In this document: positions 1 to 9,937 of the stretch, piece by piece
Layout: every line of letters begins with the position of its first letter
How positions within the stretch are numbered: position 1 is the first letter of the stretch
Origin: an uncultured Ectothiorhodospiraceae bacterium
GTDB lineage: Bacteria; Pseudomonadota; Gammaproteobacteria; UBA9214
Direction: 5' to 3'
Length of the DNA: 64,000 bases
NCBI GenBank assembly: GCA_947259415.1
Contig: CAMYMI010000001.1
Span: 33,842 to 97,841, forward strand
The notes under the pieces: generated by a model
What the model was told of the DNA's origin: nothing
What the model saw: only the letters and a program-made list of their open reading frames with translations
Databases searched by the model: none
Program-made: the position numbers and the translations under genes

Positions 1-288
1 TACATGTTTGACTTGATTCCAGAGAAGGATTTTGGGGTGATCCTTAGTGAGTTCAAAAGAGTCCTTCGAAAAGATGGACGTATCGTATTAGTCAACATGA
101 CAAAGGGGCCGCGTTGGTTCAATGCAGTCTGGGAATGGCTCTACAAGATCCGGCCTACACTCCTGGGTGGCTGTCGAGGAATAGAACTTAGTCCTTACTT
201 AGAAAGGGTGGGTTTTGAAAAGATACGAAGGGAGTATTTAGTCCAGATGTCTTTTCCTTCCGAGGTTATCTACGGTATGAAACCATAA
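1..288 (+). CDS. Class I SAM-dependent methyltransferase, C-terminal fragment (5' end lies upstream of window)
   Basis: Open frame runs from nt 1; translation ...VLRKDGRIVLVNMTKGPRWFN... resembles the C-terminal part of a methyltransferase-domain protein; low-GC (~40%) island. Confidence 0.45.
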   Translation, partial: YMFDLIPEKDFGVILSEFKRVLRKDGRIVLVNMTKGPRWFNAVWEWLYKIRPTLLGGCRGIELSPYLERVGFEKIRREYLVQMSFPSEVIYGMKP

Positions 289-303
289 TATTGGCTAGCT
301 TCA

Positions 304-525
304 TTGTGCGACTCAGCTGTTAGTCCTGCTAATCCGCTTAAGAACACGAGCACAGTAAACTCTGATGGTACTGTTACCACCGGAGGCACAACGACAATGT
401 CTGGTTACACTATAATTGAAGCGGATTCCATGGAGGCGGCACTGTCGATTGCGAAGGCTTGCCCTTTTCTTGATATTGGCGGTTCACTTGAGGTATCAGA
501 GTTAGCAGAGATGCCAGGCCAATAA
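304..525 (+). pseudogene. YciI-like (dimeric alpha/beta-barrel) domain remnant
   Basis: Only the C-terminal half (..DGTVTTGG..GYTIIEADSMEAALSIAKACPFLDIGGSLEVSEL) matches the YciI/DGPF-type domain; the N-terminal half is missing and replaced by low-complexity T/G-rich sequence. Confidence 0.3.
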
Positions 526-635
526 TAAACATAACAATCGCATTGAATCGGACCGCAAAATGCGCCGCTCGTGCCTCGTTCTGCTTTTGGCTCCCGGTGA
601 TGCGAGGCGTTGGACACTAAATTGAAGAAGACTTT

Positions 636-1124
636 ATGCCATCTTATGACATTCTCCTTTTTGCCTTGACGGTTCTCGCATCGCTCGGCTGCGGGTTGAT
701 GGCTGGACTCTTCTTTGTCTTCTCGGTTGCCGTGATGAAGGCGTTCGGTCACCTCCCTTCAGCCGAAGGAATCGCCGCCATGCAATCCATCAATGTGGCG
801 ATCATCAATCCGATTTTTCTGTCGGTCTTCTTCGGCACAGCTGTGACATGCATCCTTGTAATTATCGCCTCGCTGTTGCGCTGGGGCGAACCAGGTGTCA
901 TCTACTTGATTTTAGGCAGCATACTCTATCTAGCTGGCAGCTTTCTGGTGACAGCTGTGTTCAACGTGCCTAAGAATAACGCGCTGGCTTCGGTTTCGCC
1001 GACCGACCCCGACAGTAGCGCCCTGTGGGCCAGCTATCTCGACAAGTGGACCGCCTGGAACCACGTTAGAACAGTCGCGGCGCTTGCGGCAATGGCATTT
1101 CTTATCATAGGGCTATGCTATTAG
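636..1124 (+). CDS. DUF1772 family (anthrone-oxygenase-like) integral membrane protein
   Basis: 162 aa, 4 predicted TM helices, GLMAGLFFVFSVAVM..NPIFLSVFFGTA pattern typical of DUF1772. Confidence 0.55.
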   Translation: MPSYDILLFALTVLASLGCGLMAGLFFVFSVAVMKAFGHLPSAEGIAAMQSINVAIINPIFLSVFFGTAVTCILVIIASLLRWGEPGVIYLILGSILYLAGSFLVTAVFNVPKNNALASVSPTDPDSSALWASYLDKWTAWNHVRTVAALAAMAFLIIGLCY

Positions 1125-1166
1125 AGGACGGAATAAGATAGCCGCATGCCAAACGGAGGCAATGAA

Positions 1167-1790
1167 ATGAGACTACTTATCTTTGGATCAACAGGCAGTA
1201 TAGGTCGCCAGCTCGTCAAACAGGCTCTTGAGCAGGGACACATTGTCACCGCATTCGTACGCGATGCCACGAAGGTGAACATCAAACATAACAACCTGCA
1301 GATTGCTCAGGGCGATGTAATGGATCCGGAGGCGGTAAGGAAAGCGGTGCAAGGCCACGAAGCAGTGTTGTGTTCACTCGGTGCGGGCAGGAAGGGTACG
1401 GTCCGCTCAGAGGGAACACGGAATATCATCAACGCGATGGAACAGGCCGGCATCCGGCGTTTTATCTGCCAATCGTCTCTTGGGGTCGGAGACAGTCGGG
1501 GTAATCTGAGCATCTTCTGGAAATACATCATGTTTGGACTCCTCCTGCGTCCAGCGTACGCCGACCATGCAAGCCAGGAGAATTACGTCAGGCAAAGCCA
1601 TCTGGACTGGACGATCGTCCGTCCGGGAGCCTTCACCGACGGTGAACGCACCGGCCAGTACCGGCACGGCTTTTCCAACACTGACAAGACGACAAAACTG
1701 AAAATCTCTCGCGCCGATGTTGCGGACTTCATGTTGAAACAGTTGACCGACGATACGTACCTCCACAAGGCACCGGGACTATCGTATTGA
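1167..1790 (+). CDS. NAD(P)H-binding oxidoreductase, NmrA-like / atypical SDR
   Basis: MRLLIFGSTGSIGRQLVKQALEQGH Rossmann motif (GxxGxxG); GGAGG RBS 8 nt upstream of ATG at 1167 (ORF track starts at 1146). Confidence 0.7.
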   Translation: MRLLIFGSTGSIGRQLVKQALEQGHIVTAFVRDATKVNIKHNNLQIAQGDVMDPEAVRKAVQGHEAVLCSLGAGRKGTVRSEGTRNIINAMEQAGIRRFICQSSLGVGDSRGNLSIFWKYIMFGLLLRPAYADHASQENYVRQSHLDWTIVRPGAFTDGERTGQYRHGFSNTDKTTKLKISRADVADFMLKQLTDDTYLHKAPGLSY

Positions 1791-1857
1791 ATAAGCAGCT
1801 GTAACTTGATAAGGCGCTGCCCAACAAGGCGACCCAACCTGACGCCGCAGTGCCGAT

Positions 1858-1944
1858 ATGCCACCAGGTACATTATCGCGCATCCTCAACCAGGCTGGTC
1901 TAATATTGTTGCGAGGTAAGTTGCATGAGATAAAGGGTAATTAG
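1858..1944 (+). pseudogene. hicA: hicA-like toxin remnant (C-terminal ~28 codons only)
   Basis: MPPGTLSRILNQAGLILLRGKLHEIKGN* matches the conserved HicA C-terminus (..GTLRxILKQAGL..) but the N-terminal mRNA-interferase portion is absent. Confidence 0.35.
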
Positions 1945-1975
1945 CGAAAAAGGCGAAACCGGTTATGGTGCACAT

Positions 1976-2215
1976 GTGCTTGATTTGCCTGGCTGTATTG
2001 CCGCGGGTGGAACCCGTGAAGAGGTTATGGAGTTAATCAAGGGTGCCATTGAATGCCATATAGAGGACCTTATAGAAGCTGGTGAACCAGCTCCTCCCCC
2101 TCCTCGTTCAGCGAACTCATTGAGGTTAACGCCGCATGAAAAATCACTCCCGCCGATTGCCTACGTTGCTGGCGTCCCTCCGGCGCCAGCTGGGTTCAAC
2201 CGTCATGCCTACTAA
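1976..2215 (+). CDS. hicB: HicB-family antitoxin-like protein, N-terminally truncated/degraded
   Basis: ..YGAHVLDLPGCIAAGGTREEVMELIKGAIECHIEDLIEAG.. = HicB/UPF0150 fold. The frame opens only 14 codons upstream (after a TAA), has no ATG (GTG at 1976), and the preceding M-R-stop suggests decay. Confidence 0.4.
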   Translation: MLDLPGCIAAGGTREEVMELIKGAIECHIEDLIEAGEPAPPPPRSANSLRLTPHEKSLPPIAYVAGVPPAPAGFNRHAY

Positions 2216-2230
2216 CTGACAGGAAGCAAG

Positions 2231-2728
2231 ATGATAGTTAAATCTGAATGCAGGCTTGCTGACGGTTTCAGTATCTGGGAGAAAATCTATGCCCAGTCTT
2301 CATTCATTGCAATGGGTCTTATTGGCACAACTGGAATAATACTCGTGGATTGGATTTGGGTCATTCCATACATCATTATCTATTGGTATGGAATTCCGGG
2401 GATAGTGATGAGGCATTTGAATTGTCCCAGATGTCCTCACCTATATGAATATGGAGATTGCCTTCAAGCCTCTCCAATGATAACAAAGTGGCTTGTTAAA
2501 AAACGAAAAACGACTCCCTTCAGTGCTTCTGAAAAGTTTTTATTCTACGCAATATTTATTCTTATTCCGACTTATCCCATCTACTGGTTGCTGTCACATC
2601 CAGCACTGTTGATCGCCTTTATAATTGCCGCAGTCATGTGGTATTCGGGGCAGTTTCTCTATTTTTGCAGGAGATGCAGAGTCAAGGAATGCCCTTTTAA
2701 CCGAGCCAAGCTAATTAATATTGATTAA
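2231..2728 (+). CDS. Hypothetical membrane protein with two CxxC pairs
   Basis: 165 aa, about 4 hydrophobic helices, CPRCP and CRRCRVKEC motifs; very low GC (~37%). Confidence 0.4.
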   Translation: MIVKSECRLADGFSIWEKIYAQSSFIAMGLIGTTGIILVDWIWVIPYIIIYWYGIPGIVMRHLNCPRCPHLYEYGDCLQASPMITKWLVKKRKTTPFSASEKFLFYAIFILIPTYPIYWLLSHPALLIAFIIAAVMWYSGQFLYFCRRCRVKECPFNRAKLINID

Positions 2729-2786
2729 TACACAGGAAAAGCTATGGGATTAACCCATCTAGAGAGGCCCAGGCATAACAAGCGCA

Positions 2787-3240
2787 TTGAGTCTTCCGCT
2801 GCCACTCACTGGGACGCGCGAAAATGCGTACTCTAAATGCTTCACGTTATGCGCCAGGAGACCGGCGTTGAATCGAGATATAGCGACTAGCTTTTCGGTT
2901 TCAGCAGTACTGTGTGCGGCTATCTGGGCGTTAACACCTGTAGTTGCCAAGGCAACTGAGCCGTGGGATGCGGAATTACCCTATTACTTCGTGGCCTTGC
3001 TCATGGCCGGCGCCATCGTGGGTATATTGTGTCCGCGGCCTATTTGGACAGATTTCTTAGGTATTTAGATCGGCCAGCTGGTCTATATGCTTGTGTTTTT
3101 CCCTTTGGGTCCGCTGTTGCCGCTGGGTAGACTATATTTGCTGGGCTATGGTTTACTTTCACTCCTTGGCATGGCATTGGCATCGCGAGAACGGCATGCT
3201 CTGGACAGCTCTAATTCAGCAGGTGGAAATGGCACATAAT
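2787..3240 (+). pseudogene. Membrane protein ORF interrupted by in-frame TAG (3066-3068)
   Basis: Frame 0 reads hydrophobically ..IWTDFLGI*IGQLVYMLVFFPLGPLLPLG.. across the amber codon; this suggests a disrupted gene or stop-codon read-through. Confidence 0.3.
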
Positions 3241-3322
3241 CAATGGCTCGAGCACCAGGCGCCCAGTGCCATTGGTTCGACATCAATTTTTCAAATACAT
3301 ACAATCGATGCAGGAACGATCA

Positions 3323-3766
3323 ATGAATTGGAATATATATCTTTCAGGGGAAATTCACACCGATTGGCGGCAACAGATCATTGATGGTGCCAGGGAACAC
3401 GATTTACCCACCACTTTTACGTCAGCCGTGACAAACCATGAAGCCAGTGACGCGGCAGGCGACATACTAGGGGCTGAAGCCAGCAGCTTTTGGCGTGATC
3501 ATAAGTCTTCAAAGGTCAACGGAATCCGTACCAGGACTCTCCTCGACAAGTGTGATGTTGCGATCGTGCGTTTCGGGGACAGATACAAACAGTGGAATGC
3601 GGCGTTTGACGCCGGATACTGCGCGGCTATCGGCAAGCCCTATATCACTTTGCACGACGAAGACATCATTCACCCGCTCAAGGAAGTCGATGCTGCTGCG
3701 ATGGCTTGGGCCAGAACTCCAGCGCAAGTCGTGGAGATACTGAATTATGTCATTTGCGCGAGGTGA
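3323..3766 (+). CDS. YtoQ family protein (nucleoside 2-deoxyribosyltransferase-like fold)
   Basis: MNWNIYLSGEIHTDWR..RFGDRYKQWNAAFDAGYCAAIGKPYITLH..HPLKEVD closely follows the Bacillus YtoQ pattern (MEFTVYLAGEIHSGWR..). Confidence 0.65.
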   Translation: MNWNIYLSGEIHTDWRQQIIDGAREHDLPTTFTSAVTNHEASDAAGDILGAEASSFWRDHKSSKVNGIRTRTLLDKCDVAIVRFGDRYKQWNAAFDAGYCAAIGKPYITLHDEDIIHPLKEVDAAAMAWARTPAQVVEILNYVICAR

Positions 3767-3881
3767 AGAGGCGCCTGATAACGGCATCGAAGCGTGTGTT
3801 GTGCACACGGACCAGCGTAGCGCTGTGCAGTTCGCAGGCCGCTCATACTGAACGTTATGTGACACGGCGCTCCAAGCTATT

Positions 3882-4307
3882 GTGATTTATGAGATGGGCC
3901 CTAAAGATAACGTTGTTGTTCTGAAGACAGCCTTTCTTACAGGTGCTGCGGCTGATGGTGTGATAGCAATCGAATGGTTCTTGATTAGTCTTGGGCTAGC
4001 AGATATGCCAGTCCATCCGAGCTTTTTCGTGGGTAGTGGCCAGGATTTCAGGTTTGTATTGAGTAGCGGCGGTCTCTTTATGATGGGCTGGGCTTTTCTG
4101 CTTTACTGGGGTAGTTTGCGCCCAATCGAGCGAAGAGGTGTTCTGCTACTGACAGCGGCAATGCTATTTATTGCCATACTCTCTGACGGGATTCTTTTCG
4201 GACACCTCTTTTCAACAAAACAAATCGTTCTGGGCACATCTGTAAAACTTTTCCTTGTTATTTTATTTGCTGGCAGTTACTGGCACTCAAAGAGGATACA
4301 TGGCTGA
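3882..4307 (+). CDS. Hypothetical integral membrane protein
   Basis: 141 aa, 4 hydrophobic segments; no recognisable family. Confidence 0.35.
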   Translation: MIYEMGPKDNVVVLKTAFLTGAAADGVIAIEWFLISLGLADMPVHPSFFVGSGQDFRFVLSSGGLFMMGWAFLLYWGSLRPIERRGVLLLTAAMLFIAILSDGILFGHLFSTKQIVLGTSVKLFLVILFAGSYWHSKRIHG

Positions 4308-4451
4308 TGGTCCAGTCACACCACATTTTGGTCAAGTTGATCTGTTCCGCTCTGCGTGCGTGCAATTTCGGCGAGTATACTGTCCCCGGATATCTTTTTT
4401 TTCAAATCTTATATTTTTTTCTTTGCGACCTTTGCGCCTTTGCGGTGAGGT

Positions 4452-5933
4452 TCAGTGTTTCTTTCGAGTGCAGAACCAGCCCCCCAGCAGACTAGCAAGG
4501 GCCAGCACCGGCAGGTTACCGAATCTCACGTAGGGTGTGGCACCCTGGCGCGGGGCCACTGCGCCGCTCACCACGGCCTCCTCGAACTGCCGGCTGCGTG
4601 CCGTGATGCGTCCGGTGTGGTCGATGATGGCCGAGATACCGGTATTGGTGGCCCGCAGCATGGGTCGCCCGGTCTCTTTCGCACGCATCCGTGCCATCTC
4701 CAGGTGCTGGTGCGGCGCCAGTGAATCTCCGAACCAGGCATCGTTGCTCACATTGACCAGCAGGGCCGCTTCCGGCAGGTCCCGGATGATCTCCGCGCCG
4801 AACACAACCTCAAAACAGATCGAGGATGACACCGGTACACCCGCGGCCGATAGCAGTGCCTGGTCATCTTCACCTGCCGAGAAATCCGCATCCGGTACCG
4901 CCAGCGCATCCAGCCGGTCCCCCAACAGCCAACGCAACGGCAGGTATTCCCCGAACGGCACCAAGTGCTGCTTGTGGTAAAAACGACGCGCCCCACCAAT
5001 GGTCATGACGCCGTTGTAGTAACGCCATTCGGTCATGTCGAGCACCGGGATCCCGGTCAGCAGCGTAATGCCGCTTGCCTGCAGTTCCGTCTCCAGATAG
5101 GGAATGTAGGTGTCTGCAACCTGGTGGTAGAACGCGGGTATTGCCGTTTCCGGCCAGACAATCAGGTCCATGTCGTGCTGTTCAAAGGTGAGTGCCGAGT
5201 AACGCTCCAGGGTGTGCAGCAGGTTCTCCGGCGCCCATTTGTTCTCCTGGGAAATATTGCCCTGCACCAGGGCAACTTGCAGCGGCGCACCGCGTGGCCC
5301 GGTCCATTCCAGCCGATCAGCGAAATAACCGCCTGCCCAGAGCGCACCCAGCAGGACCAGGCTGGGGATGGGCGCCAGCCTCCTCAACAGTGCGAGCAGC
5401 AGGGCCGCACTCAGCGCCGTGGCCCAGCCCACGCCGTAGTTTCCCAGCAGCGCGGCAAAACCGGCCAGCGGACTGTCAATCTGGCTGGTGCCGATCGTCA
5501 ACCAGGGGAAGCCGGTGAACAGCCAGCCGCGCAGCCATTCGGCAAGTATCCAGCCGGCGGGAAACACAGCCACCACGACCAGCCAGGACCTGCCCGGTGC
5601 AATGCGTTTCAGGAGGTACCCGAGTACGGCAGGATACAGGGCCATGAAGAGGATCAGCGCGATGGCCACCAGGCTGGCGGGCACCAGCGGCACATGACCG
5701 TAGGTATGAATGCTGACATACACCCACGAGATGCCCGCGCCAAAGAAGCCGAGCCCGAACAGGGCGCCGTTCCGGAAGGCCTGGCGCGGGGTATCCACCA
5801 GCCACTGGTTGAACAGGATGGCCAGCGCAAGAATGGCGAGCGGGAACCAGCCCAGCGGGGCGAAGGCCGTCACGGCCATGGCCCCGGCGATCAATACAAA
5901 CAGCCCGCCGAATCGCTGTGCCAGGCTAATCAC
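4452..5933 (-). CDS. lnt: Apolipoprotein N-acyltransferase
   Basis: 493 aa; N-terminal polytopic membrane domain followed by CN-hydrolase domain (..LVLWPETAIP.., ..ICFEVVF..); GTG start; 4-nt overlap with corC stop. Confidence 0.9.
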   Translation of the reverse strand: MISLAQRFGGLFVLIAGAMAVTAFAPLGWFPLAILALAILFNQWLVDTPRQAFRNGALFGLGFFGAGISWVYVSIHTYGHVPLVPASLVAIALILFMALYPAVLGYLLKRIAPGRSWLVVVAVFPAGWILAEWLRGWLFTGFPWLTIGTSQIDSPLAGFAALLGNYGVGWATALSAALLLALLRRLAPIPSLVLLGALWAGGYFADRLEWTGPRGAPLQVALVQGNISQENKWAPENLLHTLERYSALTFEQHDMDLIVWPETAIPAFYHQVADTYIPYLETELQASGITLLTGIPVLDMTEWRYYNGVMTIGGARRFYHKQHLVPFGEYLPLRWLLGDRLDALAVPDADFSAGEDDQALLSAAGVPVSSSICFEVVFGAEIIRDLPEAALLVNVSNDAWFGDSLAPHQHLEMARMRAKETGRPMLRATNTGISAIIDHTGRITARSRQFEEAVVSGAVAPRQGATPYVRFGNLPVLALASLLGGWFCTRKKH

Positions 5934-6811
5934 GGCGTACTGCTGATTTCCGTATCCGGTTGTTCGGCAGGCCTGGGCAAAAGCGTCAGTTGCAACATGT
6001 GGATACGGCGATTATCGGCGCGCAGCACCTTGAACAGGATATTGTCGATGACCACACGCTCACCGCGTTCGGGTAGATGACCGATGCGGTGGGTCACCAG
6101 CCCGCCGATAGTATCGAACTCCTCATCTGAATGAGTGGTACCGAAATACTCATTGAAGTCCTCGACCGGAGTCAGCGCCTTGACGGTGTAGTGCACCTCG
6201 CTGTGCTTGCGGATAGTGTCCTCTTCCTCCACATCGTGTTCGTCCTCGATCTCGCCGACAATTTGCTCCAGCACATCCTCGATGGTCACCATGCCCGCCA
6301 CACCACCGTATTCATCCACAACGATGGCTATGTGATTGCGGCTGGAACGGAATTCCTTCAACAGCACGTTGAGACGCTTACTCTCCGGAATAAACACCGC
6401 CGGGCGTAACATATCGCGCACATTGAAACGGCCGTCGGTGCGCTGAAAGGCATAGAGCAGCAGATCCTTGGCCAACAGGATGCCGACGATCTCATCGCGG
6501 CTTTCACCGATCACCGGAAACCGCGAGTGGCCCGACTCGACCACTGTACGCAGCAGTATCTGCGGGTCGGCGTCACCCTCCAGCATCACCACCTGGGAAC
6601 GCGGGATCATGATATCGCGTACCTGCAGATCATCCACCTGCAACACGCCCTCGATCATCGCGAGTGCATCGGCGTCGTACAGATTGTTTCGTTGAGCGGA
6701 ACGCAGCAGCTTAACCAGCTGCTCGTTATCGGCCGGCTCCCGCAGCAGCGCCTGTTTCAGCCGGGCTGACCAGTGCCTCGCGGGACCGTTATCAGGTGGG
6801 TCATTGTTCAT
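5930..6811 (-). CDS. corC: Magnesium/cobalt efflux protein CorC (CBS pair + CorC_HlyC domain)
   Basis: Tandem CBS domains (..[12 protein letters not shown].., ..[34 protein letters not shown]) and C-terminal transporter-associated domain; conserved position in ybeZYX-lnt operon. Confidence 0.85.
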   Translation of the reverse strand: MNNDPPDNGPARHWSARLKQALLREPADNEQLVKLLRSAQRNNLYDADALAMIEGVLQVDDLQVRDIMIPRSQVVMLEGDADPQILLRTVVESGHSRFPVIGESRDEIVGILLAKDLLLYAFQRTDGRFNVRDMLRPAVFIPESKRLNVLLKEFRSSRNHIAIVVDEYGGVAGMVTIEDVLEQIVGEIEDEHDVEEEDTIRKHSEVHYTVKALTPVEDFNEYFGTTHSDEEFDTIGGLVTHRIGHLPERGERVVIDNILFKVLRADNRRIHMLQLTLLPRPAEQPDTEISSTP

Positions 6812-6921
6812 TTATTTTCAGTTAGTTGCGGGACATTTATAACAGTATTCTACATTTCTTCGGCGGGCGTGCAATACCACCGTAACGATATCTGTGCGCG
6901 TATTTCCAGCCCGGGCCGGCC

Positions 6922-7395
6922 CTAGTCCGGTCCTGCGTGCCTATAGGGGTCGGCATACCCGAGCGCGGCGAGCAGGCGCCTTTCCAGTTCCTCCATCGCC
7001 AGTGCCCCGGCCTCTTCAGAGTGGTCGTAGCCGAGCAGATGCAATACGCCGTGGATCACTATGTGTGCCCAGTGCGCCTCCAGTGACTTGTCCTGAGCAA
7101 TCGCCTCGGCAGCGACGACCGGTGCGCAGATCACCACATCGCCGATAAGCGCAGATTTCACCCCCGGCATGGGCTCATACGGAAATGACAACACGTTGGT
7201 CGCACCGGGCTTGCCGCGGTACTCAGTGTTGAGTACCGTGATCTCCGCCTCGTCCACGATCCGTACGGCCAGCTCGGCATCATCAGCGGCGACCTCCTTC
7301 AGGGCATGCCGCGCATACGCCCGGATGGCCTCGGCCGTGGGTATACCGCCACCGGTCACGGCGAACTGGACATCGATGTTTTCGACATTATCCAT
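6922..7395 (-). CDS. ybeY: rRNA maturation endoribonuclease YbeY
   Basis: ..HGVLHLLGYDH.. zinc-binding H3xH5xH motif; start moved to MDNVENIDV (ATG 7395) because the track ORF runs into ybeZ. Confidence 0.85.
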   Translation of the reverse strand: MDNVENIDVQFAVTGGGIPTAEAIRAYARHALKEVAADDAELAVRIVDEAEITVLNTEYRGKPGATNVLSFPYEPMPGVKSALIGDVVICAPVVAAEAIAQDKSLEAHWAHIVIHGVLHLLGYDHSEEAGALAMEELERRLLAALGYADPYRHAGPD

Positions 7396-7405
7396 CGTGT
7401 TCAAT

Positions 7406-8389
7406 TCACTGGCCCCGGCGGTTTGCCCGGTCATAGACTTCGTAAGCCGAGATGATGCGTTGCACCAGCGGATGACGCACGACATCGTGCGAGGCAAAAA
7501 AGGTGAAACTGATGCCCTTCTGCTCCTTGAGGACATCGGCAACCTGGCGCAGCCCCGATTGCGTCTGTTTGGGCAGGTCTATCTGGGTAATGTCACCGGT
7601 CACCACCGCGGTGGACCCGAAGCCAATACGGGTCAGAAACATCTTCATCTGTTCGATGGTCGTGTTCTGTGCCTCATCGAGGATAATGAACGAATCGTTC
7701 AGGCTGCGCCCACGCATAAAGGCAAGCGGCGCCACCTCGATGACATTGCGTTCAATCAGTTTCGCCACCCGGTCCAGTCCCAGCATTTCATACAAGGCGT
7801 CATACAGCGGGCGCAGGTAGGGATCTACCTTCTGCGTCATGTCCCCGGGGAGAAACCCCAGGCGCTCCCCCGCCTCCACCGCCGGACGCACCAGCACCAG
7901 GCGGCTGACCTTCTCCTGCTCCAGGGCCTGTACTGCGCAAGCCACCGCGAGATAGGTCTTGCCGGTACCGGCGGGGCCGATACCGAAGTTCAGATCATGG
8001 CGGAGTATGTTCTTCAGGTAGTGGTTCTGGTTGACACCGCGCGGGGAGATCGGCTTGCAGGGCGTATGGATCACCACCGCGTCGGGACTTCCGGCCACAC
8101 CGGCACTTGCCTGGTCAGCTCCGGACTGCTGCAGGTAGAGGTGTACCTTCTCCGGGGTCAGTGAATCCTCCCCGGTTTCTGTATACAGGCCCTCCAGGAT
8201 CTTGCTGGCATGCGCAACCGCGCCCGACTCGCCGATAATCCGGAAGTGGTTACCGCGATTGTTGATCTCCACACCGAGGCGCTGCTCAAGCTGGTGCAGG
8301 TGCTCATCGAACTGCCCGCACAAGTCCGCCAGACGCTCGTTGTCTGCCGGTTCGAGCGATATATCGATGGAATGGATCGGGGAACTCAA
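7406..8389 (-). CDS. ybeZ: PhoH-like ATPase YbeZ
   Basis: Walker A GPAGTGKTYLAVA; PhoH family; sits immediately downstream of miaB. Confidence 0.85.
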   Translation of the reverse strand: MSSPIHSIDISLEPADNERLADLCGQFDEHLHQLEQRLGVEINNRGNHFRIIGESGAVAHASKILEGLYTETGEDSLTPEKVHLYLQQSGADQASAGVAGSPDAVVIHTPCKPISPRGVNQNHYLKNILRHDLNFGIGPAGTGKTYLAVACAVQALEQEKVSRLVLVRPAVEAGERLGFLPGDMTQKVDPYLRPLYDALYEMLGLDRVAKLIERNVIEVAPLAFMRGRSLNDSFIILDEAQNTTIEQMKMFLTRIGFGSTAVVTGDITQIDLPKQTQSGLRQVADVLKEQKGISFTFFASHDVVRHPLVQRIISAYEVYDRANRRGQ

Positions 8390-8395
8390 AACAGG

Positions 8396-9766
8396 TCAGG
8401 CGCAGTTCGCTTCCGGAGCACGCTTGGTCTCGCCTTCCGCCAGCGCAACAAGCTCGCCTCGCAGCGAGTTCGGCAGCGCCTCGCTAATCCGCACATTGAC
8501 GAAGCGCCCGATCAATGCCGGATCGGCATCAAAGTTCACGACGCGGTTGTTTTCCGTACGACCGGAGAGCTGGTCGTCCCGCTTGCGTGAGGTCTTCTCG
8601 ACCAGAATGCGCTCGATATTACCGAGCATACCCGCACTGACTGCTGTGGCCATTTCGCCGATACGCGCCTGCAGGCGAGCCAGGCGTTCCTTTTTGACAC
8701 TGACAGGAACATCATCGGGCCATGCAGCCGCGGGTGTGCCAGGACGCTGGCTGTAAATGAAACTGAAGGAGTGATCAAACCCGACCTCCTCGATCAACTC
8801 CATGGTCTGCTCGAAGTCGCTCCCGGTCTCCCCGGGAAACCCGATAATGAAGTCCGATGACAGGCTGATACCGGGGCGCACCGTACGCAGCCTGCTGATG
8901 ATGGACTTGTATTCGAGCACAGTATGGTTGCGTTTCATCAGGGCCAGTACACGATCAGAGCCGCTCTGTACCGGCAGGTGCAGATGCCCTACCAGTTCCG
9001 GCACCTCGGCATACACCTGGATCAGGCTGTCGCTCATTTCCAGCGGGTGCGAGGTGGTATAGCGAATGCGGTCTATACCGTCGATCGCGGCGATATAGGT
9101 GATCAGCAACGCCAGGTCGGCAACCTCGCCATCGTGCATATCGCCGCGGTAGGCATTGACGTTCTGGCCGAGCAGGGTGATCTCGCGTACGCCCTGCTCC
9201 GCCAGGGCGACGGTCTCGGCGATAATGTCATCAAACGGCCGGCTGACCTCCTCGCCGCGGGTATAGGGCACCACGCAGAAGCTGCAGTACTTGCTACAGC
9301 CTTCCATGATTGACACAAAGGCCGTTGGTCCTTCCGCGCGCGGTGCCGGCAGGCTGTCGAATTTCTCGATTTCAGGAAAGCTGATATCGATGACCGGACG
9401 CTTTGCGCGGCGAGCTTCATCGACCATTGCCGGCAGGCGATGCAGCGTCTGCGGGCCGAATACCAGGTCGACATAGGGCGCCCGTGCACGGATAGCCTCG
9501 CCTTCCTGGCTGGCGACACAGCCACCCACCCCAATCACCAGGCCCGGCCGTGCATCCTTCAGTTCCTTCCAGCGACCGAGCTCTGAGAACACCTTTTCCT
9601 GTGCCTTCTCGCGGATGGAGCAGGTATTCAGCAGCAGCACATCGGCCGCGGCCGGGTCGGTGGTCACTTCGAGGCGATGGGAGTCGGCCAGCACGTCCGC
9701 CATCTTCGCGGAATCGTACTCGTTCATCTGGCAACCGTGTGTCTTGATGTAGAGCTTGCCTGTCAT
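8396..9766 (-). CDS. miaB: tRNA-i6A37 methylthiotransferase MiaB
   Basis: [19 protein letters not shown].. ; radical-SAM CxxxCxxC ([11 protein letters not shown]); TRAM domain at C-terminus. Confidence 0.9.
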   Translation of the reverse strand: MTGKLYIKTHGCQMNEYDSAKMADVLADSHRLEVTTDPAAADVLLLNTCSIREKAQEKVFSELGRWKELKDARPGLVIGVGGCVASQEGEAIRARAPYVDLVFGPQTLHRLPAMVDEARRAKRPVIDISFPEIEKFDSLPAPRAEGPTAFVSIMEGCSKYCSFCVVPYTRGEEVSRPFDDIIAETVALAEQGVREITLLGQNVNAYRGDMHDGEVADLALLITYIAAIDGIDRIRYTTSHPLEMSDSLIQVYAEVPELVGHLHLPVQSGSDRVLALMKRNHTVLEYKSIISRLRTVRPGISLSSDFIIGFPGETGSDFEQTMELIEEVGFDHSFSFIYSQRPGTPAAAWPDDVPVSVKKERLARLQARIGEMATAVSAGMLGNIERILVEKTSRKRDDQLSGRTENNRVVNFDADPALIGRFVNVRISEALPNSLRGELVALAEGETKRAPEANCA

Positions 9767-9937
9767 GCCAATTCAATAAAGACCGGTAATTGTTTGAATA
9801 TACTTTGTTTCCACGCCGGATTCCATCCACAAAACGGCACTGGTAGCAGAATCACACGGGAATGAACATTTCACCGCACGACTCCAGGGAAGGAGGAGAT
9901 AGAGCAGTGAAGAGATGTCCTTGCAACAACACATAAT

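Noticed and set aside
3260-3290. GGTTCGACATCA string resembling a tRNA T-arm
   Set aside because: No acceptor, D or anticodon arms can be folded around it, and it lies inside coding sequence of the YtoQ region. No tRNA genes were found anywhere in the window.
4965-6080. Long antisense ORFs inside lnt/corC (371 aa), ybeZ (7169..8164, 331 aa), the DUF255 gene (17926..19239, 437 aa), the 892-aa gene (51431..52687, 418 aa) and many others in the ORF track
   Set aside because: These are typical stop-codon-poor antisense frames of high-GC DNA. Their products are low complexity and Arg/Pro/Gly rich, with no domain signal, and they sit opposite well-supported conserved genes.
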